Positions 20,509-29,095 of a stretch of 64,000 bases of DNA are shown here, one piece after another; the stretch's first letter is position 1, and each line of letters starts with the position of its first letter. The position numbers and the translations under genes are program-made. Location of the stretch: NCBI GenBank assembly GCA_043778145.1, contig JAYWGR010000002.1:28519-92518 (forward strand), written 5' to 3'. The notes under the pieces were generated by a model, which searched no databases, was not told the origin of the DNA, and saw only the letters and a program-made list of their open reading frames with translations. This DNA comes from Rhizobacter sp. (GTDB lineage Bacteria; Pseudomonadota; Gammaproteobacteria; Burkholderiales; Burkholderiaceae_C).

Positions 20509-22001
20509 CGACTCCCATCCTTGAACTGCGGCAAGCAGCGAAGAAGTACGCCGGCGTGCCCGCGATTGACGGCGTTGATTTCACGCTGCTGCGCGGCGAG
20601 ATCCATTCGATCATCGGCGAGAACGGCGCGGGCAAATCGACGCTGACCAAGGTGATGGCCGGCGTCGTCAACCTGAGCTCGGGGCAGATGCTGGTCGAGG
20701 GCCGCGAGGTGAACCCACGCACGCCCAACGAGGCCTTGCAACTCGGCGTGGCGATGGTCTTTCAGGAGACGAGCCTCGTGCCGACGATGACCGTCGCACA
20801 AAACCTCTACCTCGGGCAAGAGAGTTACTTCAACCGGCTGCGCGGCATCTACATCGCGGCGCAACAGTTCATGCAGTCGCTGCAGTTCGATGTCGACCCA
20901 ACTGCGCAGGTCAGCCTGCTCGGCGCCGCGAAGAAGCAGATGGTGGAGATTGCGCGCGCGGTGCTGCACAACGCCAAGGTCATCATCTTCGACGAGCCCA
21001 CCGCGAGCCTCACGCCGGAGGAGAAGAAGTACTTCTTCGACCTCGTCTTCAACCTGAAGGCGCGCGGCGTGTCGGTGGTGTTCATATCGCATGCGCTGGA
21101 AGAAGCGCTGCTCGTCTCCGACCGCATCACGATCCTGCGCGACGGCAAGCATGTGGTCACCGACGACAAGGCCAAATTTGACCGCGCGCGCATCGTGCAG
21201 GCGATGGTTGGCCGCGACCTCTCGCAGACGATGTATGGCCAGCGCAAGACCACGGTGCGGCCACAGGGCAAGCGGGTGCTCTCGGTGCAAAACCTGCGCA
21301 TGGCGGCGATGGTGAAGAACAACTCGCTCTCGGTTTTTGCGGGGCAAATCACCGGTGTGTTCGGGCTCGTGGGCTCGGGCCGCACCGAGACGTTCAAGGT
21401 CGTTGCCGGCGTCATCAAGAGAGATTTCATGCACGGCGGCGAAGTGCTGCTCAACGACCGGCCGGTGCGCTACTTCGTGCCGGCGCCTGCGGTGCGAGAC
21501 GGCATCGCGTATGTGACCGAAGACCGCAAGATCGAAGGATTCTTCGAGACGAAGTCGATCGCCGACAACATCTACCTCGGCCTGCTCGCCAAGCTGCGCG
21601 GCAAGCGAACGTTGGTGTCAGCCAAGGAGGCGGCCACGAGCGGCGAGCACTGGATCAAGCGGCTGAACATCCGCGCGATCAGCAAGGACGTGAAGGCGAT
21701 CGAGCTCTCGGGCGGCAACCAGCAGAAGGTGGTGATTGCGAAGTCGTTGATTCAGGAGCCGGAGCTCATCATCTTTGACGAGCCGACGCGCGGGGTTGAT
21801 GTCGGCGCCATCGCCGAGATTCATCAGCTCATCAATCAGCTGGCTGATGAGGGCAAAGCGGTGGTGGTGATCTCTTCTTACTTGCCGGAAATCATGTCGA
21901 TCTCAGACCGCATCTTGGTGCAGCGCATGGGCAAGGTGGTCGAGGAGTATTCGGCGCTCGATGCGAGCGAGGAGAAGATCATGTATGCGGCGATTCACTG
22001 A
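20505..22001 (+). CDS. sugar ABC transporter ATP-binding protein with two tandem nucleotide-binding domains (RbsA/MglA-type)
   Basis: Two Walker A-like regions (GENGAGKST; GLVGSGRTE), two LSGG signatures and Walker B (IIFDEPT). 498 aa. Confidence 0.9.
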   Translation: MTTPILELRQAAKKYAGVPAIDGVDFTLLRGEIHSIIGENGAGKSTLTKVMAGVVNLSSGQMLVEGREVNPRTPNEALQLGVAMVFQETSLVPTMTVAQNLYLGQESYFNRLRGIYIAAQQFMQSLQFDVDPTAQVSLLGAAKKQMVEIARAVLHNAKVIIFDEPTASLTPEEKKYFFDLVFNLKARGVSVVFISHALEEALLVSDRITILRDGKHVVTDDKAKFDRARIVQAMVGRDLSQTMYGQRKTTVRPQGKRVLSVQNLRMAAMVKNNSLSVFAGQITGVFGLVGSGRTETFKVVAGVIKRDFMHGGEVLLNDRPVRYFVPAPAVRDGIAYVTEDRKIEGFFETKSIADNIYLGLLAKLRGKRTLVSAKEAATSGEHWIKRLNIRAISKDVKAIELSGGNQQKVVIAKSLIQEPELIIFDEPTRGVDVGAIAEIHQLINQLADEGKAVVVISSYLPEIMSISDRILVQRMGKVVEEYSALDASEEKIMYAAIH

Positions 22002-22036
22002 GTGATGGACGCCCATTCATCAGCCTCAGGGCAATG

Positions 22037-22149
22037 CCCTCTCCCACTCGGAGCGGGCGGGGGAGAGGGCGGGGGTGAAGGCCCGGAGTACGCGTCGGCG
22101 CTCATCGACGCCCCTCACCCCAACCCTCTCCCCGGAGGGGCGAGGGAGG
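22037..22149. repeat. G/C-rich palindromic intergenic repeat, copy C (CCCTCTCCCACTCGGAGCGGGCGGGGGAGAGGGCGGGGGTGAAGGC … GCCCCTCACCCCAACCCTCTCCCCGGAGGGGCGAGGGAGG)
   Basis: Same family as copies A and B. Its 3' end (GAGGGAGG) sits 6 nt before the ATG at 22155 and can act as the Shine-Dalgarno sequence. Confidence 0.8.
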
Positions 22150-22154
22150 AAGAC

Positions 22155-22766
22155 ATGACCACCCAGCCGATCGAGTTCTACTTCGACTTCATCTCAGGCT
22201 ACGGGTACTTCGCCAGCCTGCGCATCGAGGCGATCGCCGCAAGGCACGGCCGACGAGTCGAGTGGCGCCCAATGCTGATCGGCGTTGCCGTGATGAAGGT
22301 GATGGGCTTGAAGCCACTTCTCGAGACGCCGCTCAAAGGCGACTACGTGATCCGTGATGCCGAGCGCTACCAGCGCCGCCACGGCCTTGTGCTCAAGCGC
22401 AAAGTGCAAGACCCGATGATGGACCCGCGCCCCGCAGCCCGCGCGTTCTGCTGGGCCAAGCGCCACCACGCCGATCAAGCCGCGCCACTGGCCAAGGCAA
22501 TCTTCGACAGCTACTGGCGCCTCGGCAACGACCTGGCCGATCCCGATCAGCTCGCAGCCGTGGCATCAGCCGTCGGGCTCGATCCCGGCGCGCTGCGCGA
22601 CGGCATCGCCAGTGAAGAGTCGCGCATCGACTTGCGCGAGAGCGTCGAAGCTGCGCTCGCTCGCGGCGTGTTCGGCTCGCCCTTTGTCATCGTCGACGGC
22701 GAGCCGTTCTGGGGCTCTGATCGGCTCGAGATGCTCGACGACTGGCTGAGCCAAAGCGGCTGGTGA
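22155..22766 (+). CDS. 2-hydroxychromene-2-carboxylate isomerase family protein (DsbA-like thioredoxin fold)
   Basis: Starts MTTQPIEFYFDFISGYGYFAS and ends …GSPFVIVDGEPFWGSDRLEMLDDWL. This is the typical HCCA isomerase / DsbA-like start and C-terminal motif. The track ORF starting at 22002 is extended by translated repeat. Confidence 0.75.
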   Translation: MTTQPIEFYFDFISGYGYFASLRIEAIAARHGRRVEWRPMLIGVAVMKVMGLKPLLETPLKGDYVIRDAERYQRRHGLVLKRKVQDPMMDPRPAARAFCWAKRHHADQAAPLAKAIFDSYWRLGNDLADPDQLAAVASAVGLDPGALRDGIASEESRIDLRESVEAALARGVFGSPFVIVDGEPFWGSDRLEMLDDWLSQSGW

Positions 22767-22790
22767 CACGTCAACCCGGAGAAGACAAAC

Positions 22791-24029
22791 ATGACCACAT
22801 CGCCCGCACCCGATGCGCTGCGCCCGCGGCCGCTTGAGGGCATCACCATCGTCGATGTGAGCCGCGTCGTCGCCGGGCCGTATTGCGCGCAAATGCTGGC
22901 CGACCTGGGCGCAACAGTCATCAAGGTCGAGCACCCGAGCGACCCCGATTACGTGCGCAGCTTTCCGCCGCGCGTGATGGATGCCGATCATGTTGACAGC
23001 GGCAGCGGCTACTTCGCGCAATACAACCGGCACAAGCTCGGCGTGAGCCTCGATCTGAAGCACCCTGACGGCAAGGCGCTCTTCATCGAGATGGCAGCCA
23101 AGGCCGATGTGGTGATCGAGAACTTTCGCCCCGGCACGATGGCCAAGCTCGGGCTTGACTATGCGGCGCTTGCCCAGATCAACCCGCGGCTGATCTACTG
23201 CGCAATCAGCGGCTATGGGCAGACGGGGCCGCATTCCAAGCGCCCGTCTTACGACAGCACCGCGCAAGCCGCGGGCGGCCTGTGGTCGATGAACGGCAGC
23301 CCGGGCGAGCCGGCCCCGCGCGTGGGCAGCATCATTGGCGACCTGGCCGCGTCGTTCTACGCAGCGATCGGCATTCTTGCGGCGCTGCGCGAAGCGGCCC
23401 AAAGTGGTCTAGGCCAGTTGGTGGATATCTCGCAGCAAGACTCGGTCGTCACGTTGACTGAAAGCGCAATCGTCAACTACACGGTGGCCGGCATCGTGGC
23501 CAAACCGCTGGGCAACGAGCACCCGTTCGCACGACCATATGGTCAATACGCCTGCAAGGACGGGCACGTCTTCTTCGGCTCCTACACCGACAAGCTCTGG
23601 CGCGACTCGTGCGTCATCTTCGGCGAACCCGAACTCGCCCACGACCCCGAGATCGACACGATGACCAAGCGCTTTGACGCCGCGACCTACGAACGCCGCG
23701 TCAAGCCCATCATCGCGCGGTGGTTCAGTCAGCGCACGCAGGCCGAGTTGGAGGCAATGGCGGGCGACCGCATTGCGCTCACGCCGGTCAAGCGGATCGA
23801 TGCCGTCGTGGCCGATCCGCACCTCGCCGCGCGCGAGATGTTTGTGCCGGTGCAGCTCGGCGCGGCCTCGGTGCAAGTGTTCGGCTCGCCGATCAAGCTC
23901 TCGGCCACGCCAGCGCGTGCGGCTGGCGCCGCGCCTGCATTGGGCGAGCACAACCGGCAGGTCTACCTCGATTGGCTCGGCATGCCGGCTCTGCGTTATC
24001 AGGCCTTGCGTGACAAAGGCGTGGTCTGA
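22791..24029 (+). CDS. CoA-transferase family III (CaiB/BaiF-type) protein
   Basis: …LEGITIVDVSRVVAGPYCAQMLADLGATVIKVE… signature, with the conserved Asp region (…GSIIGDLAAS…). Confidence 0.85.
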   Translation: MTTSPAPDALRPRPLEGITIVDVSRVVAGPYCAQMLADLGATVIKVEHPSDPDYVRSFPPRVMDADHVDSGSGYFAQYNRHKLGVSLDLKHPDGKALFIEMAAKADVVIENFRPGTMAKLGLDYAALAQINPRLIYCAISGYGQTGPHSKRPSYDSTAQAAGGLWSMNGSPGEPAPRVGSIIGDLAASFYAAIGILAALREAAQSGLGQLVDISQQDSVVTLTESAIVNYTVAGIVAKPLGNEHPFARPYGQYACKDGHVFFGSYTDKLWRDSCVIFGEPELAHDPEIDTMTKRFDAATYERRVKPIIARWFSQRTQAELEAMAGDRIALTPVKRIDAVVADPHLAAREMFVPVQLGAASVQVFGSPIKLSATPARAAGAAPALGEHNRQVYLDWLGMPALRYQALRDKGVV

Positions 24030-24049
24030 ATCGTGCGCTGCAACGCCCG

Positions 24050-25417
24050 CTAGGTGCTCAGCCATCGCCAAGCCAGACCGGCCACGCCAGCGCCAATCAC
24101 GACCGGGATCACGCCGGTCTTGAGCCGAAAGAGCGCAATGGCCGCCGCGATGCCGATCACGGCAGATGGCCACTCGAAGCGCCCCGTCAAGCCCTGCGGC
24201 CACAGCACATGGCCAGCAAAGAAGACGGCGAGGTTGACGATCACACCCACCACGGCCGCGGTGATGGCTGACAGCGGCGCGGTGAACTTCAGGTTGCCAT
24301 GCGTCGTCTCGATGAACGGGCCGCCGAGCAAGATGAACATGAACGAAGGAAGAAAGGTGAAGAAGGTGACCACCGTGGCTGCTGTGGCGCCGGCCAGCGC
24401 CAGCGCATCGGCACCGAAGAGCATCTTCGTCCAGCCGCCCACGAAGCCAACGAAGGCAACCACCATGATCAGCGGCCCTGGCGTGGTTTCGCCCAGCGCG
24501 AGGCCGTCGATCATTTGCGGCGCCGTGAGCCAGTGGTGTTGCTCCACAGCGCCTTGGTAGACATACGGCAGCACGGCATAGGCGCCGCCGAAGGTCAGCA
24601 GCGCGGCCTTGGTGAAGAACCAGCCCATCTGCGTGAGCACTGCGCCTGGGCCAAACACGAACGCCAAGGCGCCGATGGCCAGCAGCCACAGCAGCACAAA
24701 CGCGGCCAGCACACGGTTGAAGCGGGGCCAGCTGAAACGCGCGTGGGTCGGTGTGGGCGTGTCGTCATCGATCAATGCGGGCCCAAGCTGCGCGCTTGCC
24801 TTGCCATGCCCACCACCCAGCGCAAACGATGACGGCGCAACGCGCCCGCCAACGATGCCGATCGCCGCAGCCATCAACACGATCAGCGGAAAGGGCGCGT
24901 GCCACGCGAAGATCGCGATGAACGCGGCCAGGGCAATGCCCCAAGCCCAAGCGTTCTTCAAGGCCCGCGAGCCGATGCGCCAAGCCGCGGCGGCAACGAT
25001 CGCCGTCACCGCAGGCTTGATGCCGTAGAGAACTGCCGCCACCGCCGGCACCGCTCCGAATGCGAGGTAGACACACGAGAGCACCATCAAGATCAGCAGC
25101 GACGGCAGCACAAAGAAGCCGCCGGCCACAAGGCCACCGGCCGTGCGGTGCATCAGCCAGCCGATGTAGGTCGCCAGCTGTTGCGCCTCTGGGCCTGGCA
25201 ACACCATGCAGTAGTTGAGCGCATGCAGAAAGCGCTTCTCCGAGATCCAGCGCCGCCGCTCGACCAGCTCTTGGTGCATCAACGCGATCTGCCCGGCCGG
25301 GCCGCCGAAGCTGATGAAGCCGAGCTTCAGCCAGAACGCGAAGGCCTGCCCAAAGCTCACGGGGGCAGGGCGGTCGGGCGGTGGCGGTGTGGTGGAGTCG
25401 ATCGGCTCGTTGTTCAT
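24050..25417 (-). CDS. chrA: chromate efflux transporter ChrA (two-CHR-domain form)
   Basis: …FGQAFAFWLKLGFISFGGPAGQIALMHQELVERRRWISEKRFLHALNYCMVLPGPEAQQLATYIGW… and a second CHR repeat in the C-terminal half. Start chosen at MNNEP (25417), which has a GAGG RBS. Confidence 0.85.
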   Translation of the reverse strand: MNNEPIDSTTPPPPDRPAPVSFGQAFAFWLKLGFISFGGPAGQIALMHQELVERRRWISEKRFLHALNYCMVLPGPEAQQLATYIGWLMHRTAGGLVAGGFFVLPSLLILMVLSCVYLAFGAVPAVAAVLYGIKPAVTAIVAAAAWRIGSRALKNAWAWGIALAAFIAIFAWHAPFPLIVLMAAAIGIVGGRVAPSSFALGGGHGKASAQLGPALIDDDTPTPTHARFSWPRFNRVLAAFVLLWLLAIGALAFVFGPGAVLTQMGWFFTKAALLTFGGAYAVLPYVYQGAVEQHHWLTAPQMIDGLALGETTPGPLIMVVAFVGFVGGWTKMLFGADALALAGATAATVVTFFTFLPSFMFILLGGPFIETTHGNLKFTAPLSAITAAVVGVIVNLAVFFAGHVLWPQGLTGRFEWPSAVIGIAAAIALFRLKTGVIPVVIGAGVAGLAWRWLST

Positions 25418-25485
25418 GTTGGATTGGCCCTCGGCTTTCGATTGCTGGCCGCTCAAACTGTGCAGCCGCTTCGCGGTGAAGCGGA

Positions 25486-26388
25486 TCAGGCCGCCGCGGC
25501 AAAAACCCGGCTGCGAGCCGCTTGGGTGATCGCAACGACGCACGGGTGCTTGATTCGCCGCTCGACCGACACAGCAAAGAACTCTTCGACAAGATCGTCA
25601 GTTCGCCCCAGCACCTTCACGCCGTACTGCTCGCAAGTCTCTTTCTCGATCACGGTGGGCGACATGAACACACCTCGCCCTTCGCGGCCAAAGGCTTTCA
25701 TCAGCGCAGCGTCGTCGAACTCGCCCACGGTGCGCGGGTGGATGCCGCGGTCGGCGAACCAGATCGTCATGCGCTGGCGCATGGCCGAACTTGCGCCTTG
25801 GACGAGCATCGGAGCGCCGTCGAGGCTGGCCGGGAAGGCGCCTTTGAGCGTCTTGCGCAAGGCGGCCGTGCAAAAGAAGCTCATCGCCGTCGTGCCCAAC
25901 GGGTGGTTGAATGCTTTGACATTCATCTGCCGATTCATCGGCTCATCGGCAATCACGAGATCAAGCCGCTGGATGGCGAGCTGGCCGAGCAAATCGGCAA
26001 ACTTGCCTTCATGGCAAACGAGGCGCACTTGCTGCGCAAGCTCAAGCGCCGGTTCGAGCAGACGGTAGGCCACGGCCTTGGGCACAGCATCGGCCAGGCC
26101 GACACGGAAGTCGAGCACCTGCCCGCCGGAGCGGGCGCGGTGGATGGCGGCTTCCATCTCGGCGCCGAGCGCGAAGATTTGGTCTGCGTAGCCGAGTGCG
26201 GTGCGGCCTTCTTCGGTCAGCTCCAGCCTGCGGCCGCTCTTGCGGAAGAGCGCGCAGCCGAGCCGCTCTTCAAGCAGCTTGATCTGGCCTGACAAGGTTT
26301 GCGGTGTGATGTTCAGCTGCTCGCCCGCACGCATCACGCCGCCTGCGCGCGCGGTCGCCCAAAAGTAGTGAAGGTGCTTGAAGTTCAT
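25486..26388 (-). CDS. LysR-family transcriptional regulator
   Basis: The N-terminal HTH (MNFKHLHYFWATARAGGVMRAGEQLNITPQTLSGQIKLLEERLGCALF) is followed by a LysR substrate-binding domain. It lies upstream of, and co-directional with, chrA, and divergent from the BI-1 gene. Confidence 0.85.
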   Translation of the reverse strand: MNFKHLHYFWATARAGGVMRAGEQLNITPQTLSGQIKLLEERLGCALFRKSGRRLELTEEGRTALGYADQIFALGAEMEAAIHRARSGGQVLDFRVGLADAVPKAVAYRLLEPALELAQQVRLVCHEGKFADLLGQLAIQRLDLVIADEPMNRQMNVKAFNHPLGTTAMSFFCTAALRKTLKGAFPASLDGAPMLVQGASSAMRQRMTIWFADRGIHPRTVGEFDDAALMKAFGREGRGVFMSPTVIEKETCEQYGVKVLGRTDDLVEEFFAVSVERRIKHPCVVAITQAARSRVFAAAA

Positions 26389-26502
26389 GAGGTGGCAACT
26401 CGGCAAGTATTCGGTTTTCGCGATGTTAATCCTCATGAAATACGAATTTACGCGAAGTGTGTCCGCGCCTAAGCTCAAGCCATCATCTTCACCGGAGGTC
26501 TC

Positions 26503-27200
26503 TCATGAACACAAGCGTGCAATCACTCGACCAACCGTTTGGCGGCGTCGCGTCAGTCGATCAACGCAACCGCGTCTTGCGCAATACCTATTGGCTGCTG
26601 GCTTTGTCGATGCTGCCCACGGTGCTCGGCGCCTACATCGGCGTGGCCACGGGCATGGCGAGCGCCATGTCTCCCGGCATCAGCTTGGTCGTGTTCCTTG
26701 CTGGCGCGTTCGGCTTCATGTATGCGATCGAGAAGACGAAGAATTCGTCGGCCGGCGTCCCGGTGCTTCTCGGCTTCACCTTCTTCATGGGCTTGATGCT
26801 CTCGCGCCTTGTCGGCCAAGTGCTGGGCTTGGCCAATGGCGCAAGCCTCGTGATGACTGCCTTTGCCGGCACGGGCGCCATCTTCCTTGGCATGGCCACT
26901 TTGTCGTCGGTGATCAAGCGCGATTTGTCGGCCATGGGCAAGTGGCTTTTCATTGGCGCGGTGATGTTGTTGGTGGCGGGCCTTGCGAACTTCTTCATTC
27001 AGTCGAGTGCGCTGATGATTGCTTTGTCGGTCATGGCGATCGGCATCTTCTCGGCCTTCATCCTGTACGATTTGAAGCGCGTGCAAGATGGCTTGGAAAC
27101 CAACTACATCACTGCCACGCTCGGCGTCTACTTGAGCATCTACAACGTCTTCCAATCGCTGCTCGCCGTTTTCGGCTTGACGGCCGGCCGCGACGAATGA
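26503..27200 (+). CDS. Bax-inhibitor-1/YccA-family membrane protein (FtsH-modulator-like)
   Basis: 7-TM protein ~232 aa with the characteristic N-terminal …RVLRNTYWLLALSML… and C-terminal …ILYDLKRVQDG… …YNVFQSLL… motifs. GGAGG RBS. Confidence 0.8.
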
Positions 27201-27210
27201 GTGCCTGAAC

Positions 27211-28215
27211 ATTTCGACGAACCTTCATCCCCCGCTTGACCGCTCAGCCGCCGCGCCCATCACGGGCGCGCCGGCCACCGATCATGCGCCGCTGTTCATC
27301 GTCATCAACGCGGGCTCGGGCAGCGGCGATGCGCGCGAGACCCAAGCCCGCATCGAAGCCGCATGCCAGAAGGCAGGGCGCAAGCTGACCCTCTTCATCG
27401 CCGAGCGGCCCAACCGCATCGGCCAGCTCGCTGCCAGCGCGGTGCAAGCGGCAAGGGCGGCGAATGGCATCGTCGTTGCGGCCGGTGGCGACGGCACGAT
27501 CAACACCGTGGCCCAAGCCGCGCTCGGCAGTGGCTGCGCCTTCGGCGTGCTGCCGCAAGGCACGTTCAACTACTTCAGCCGTGTGCACGGCATCTCATCA
27601 GAGCCTGACGTTGCCTTGCGCCAATTGCTCAGCGAGCAAGCGCGGCCGGTGCAGGTGGGGCTCGTCAACGACCGGGTGTTTCTCGTCAACGCGAGTTTGG
27701 GGCTCTATCCGAAGTTGCTCGAAGACCGCGAGGCCTACAAGAAGCAGTACGGGCGCAGCCGGCTCGTTGCATTTGGTGCCGGGCTCATGACCTTGATGGG
27801 CGCACACCGCCGTTGGCACTTGGCGGTCGATGCTGACGGCCAGCACCGCGAACTCCACACGACCACGCTTTTCGTTGGCAACAACGCCTTGCAGATGCAG
27901 CAGATCGGCGTGCCCGAAGGCGAAGCGATCGACCGCGGCATGCTGGTGGCCATCGCGTTGCGGCCAGTTGGCCGGCTGGCGATGGCCTGGCTGCTGCTGC
28001 GCGGTGCCGTGGGCAAGCTGGGCGACGCCGAGCGCGTGGTGAGCTTGCCCGTGCAAACGCTCAAGGTGGCCAGCACGCGCGGTCACCGCCGCGTGAAGGT
28101 CGCAACCGATGGCGAGGTTGCCTGGATGCGCATGCCGCTGCAGTTCAGCGTGGCGGCCGAGCCGCTCTGGCTCGTGAAGCCGCCGGAAGAAGCCGGGCTG
28201 GGCGAGACGGCGTGA
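27211..28215 (+). CDS. diacylglycerol-kinase catalytic-domain lipid kinase (YegS/BmrU-like); 5' end uncertain, with no canonical start codon upstream of the conserved Gly-rich motif
   Basis: In-frame translation from 27181 gives …APLFIVINAGSGSGDARE…GIVVAAGGDGTINTV…, the DAGK_cat N-terminal nucleotide-binding motifs. The first in-frame ATG/GTG/TTG is only at 27442, after these motifs. An upstream in-frame TGA lies at 27178. Confidence 0.55.
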   Translation: MSTNLHPPLDRSAAAPITGAPATDHAPLFIVINAGSGSGDARETQARIEAACQKAGRKLTLFIAERPNRIGQLAASAVQAARAANGIVVAAGGDGTINTVAQAALGSGCAFGVLPQGTFNYFSRVHGISSEPDVALRQLLSEQARPVQVGLVNDRVFLVNASLGLYPKLLEDREAYKKQYGRSRLVAFGAGLMTLMGAHRRWHLAVDADGQHRELHTTTLFVGNNALQMQQIGVPEGEAIDRGMLVAIALRPVGRLAMAWLLLRGAVGKLGDAERVVSLPVQTLKVASTRGHRRVKVATDGEVAWMRMPLQFSVAAEPLWLVKPPEEAGLGETA

Positions 28216-28270
28216 ATGCGCCCGGCCACCCTAGCGCGACCCTTGATCTGCGCAGCACGAAGGCCATTGC

Positions 28271-29095
28271 GTGACCACGCTGCTGCACATCTCTGACCCG
28301 CACTTCGGCACCGAACGCGCCGAGGTTGTTGAAGCGCTAGAGCGCTTGGCCGCCGAGTTGCGGCCCGATGTGTTGCTGCTCACTGGCGACATCACGCAGC
28401 GCGCAACCGCAGCGCAATTCATGGCGGCGCGGGCGTTTGTTGATCGCCTCGGCGTGCCGGTCTGTTTGGCGATCCCCGGCAATCACGACATTCCCTTGTT
28501 CAACCTCGGCTTGCGTTTGTTCAAGCCTTACGCGCGTTTCGCTGAAGCATTCGGTGCGGCGCTGGAGCCAGAGTTCGAATCCGATGATGTGCTCGTGATT
28601 GCCGTGAAGACGACTCGGCGCTGGCGCCATGAGAACGGGGAAGTCTCGCGAGCGCAGGTCGCCCGTGTGGTGCGCCGGCTGGCTGCCGCCAAGCCTGAGG
28701 CCTTGCGGCTTGTGCTCGTTCATCAGCCTGTGGCCGTGACCGAAGCGGAGGACAACCACAACTTGCTGCGCGGCCATCAACGCGCGGTCAAAAGCTGGGC
28801 TGCCGCCGGTGCCGACATCGTGCTCGGTGGCCACATCCACCTGCCTTTCGTGCTGCCGCTCGAAGACGCTTCGCGGCGCTTGTGGGCCGTGCAGGCCGGC
28901 ACGGCGGTGTCGTCGCGCGTGCGCCGCGGTGCCGACAACTCGGTCAACGTGATCCGCACGCTCACCGGCATGGGCGCGCGCGTTTGCATGGTCGAGCGCT
29001 GGGATCATCAGTCAGCCACGCAGCGCTTCGAGCGCGTCGAGCGCCAAGCATTGGCGCTGCAACCACTCAGCGCTGCGGCCCATGGCACCGGCTGA
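28271..29095 (+). CDS. calcineurin-like metallophosphoesterase
   Basis: MTTLLHISDPHFG…DVLLLTGDITQ…AIPGNHD…GGHIHLP metallophosphatase motifs (D-X-H, GD, GNHD, GH). Confidence 0.75.
   Translation: MTTLLHISDPHFGTERAEVVEALERLAAELRPDVLLLTGDITQRATAAQFMAARAFVDRLGVPVCLAIPGNHDIPLFNLGLRLFKPYARFAEAFGAALEPEFESDDVLVIAVKTTRRWRHENGEVSRAQVARVVRRLAAAKPEALRLVLVHQPVAVTEAEDNHNLLRGHQRAVKSWAAAGADIVLGGHIHLPFVLPLEDASRRLWAVQAGTAVSSRVRRGADNSVNVIRTLTGMGARVCMVERWDHQSATQRFERVERQALALQPLSAAAHGTG

Noticed and set aside
27442-28215. Using the GTG at 27442 as the lipid-kinase start, as the ORF track does
   Set aside because: That would remove the conserved N-terminal Gly-rich nucleotide-binding motif, which is clearly encoded in-frame upstream. 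The start is therefore upstream and non-canonical, or the gene is damaged.
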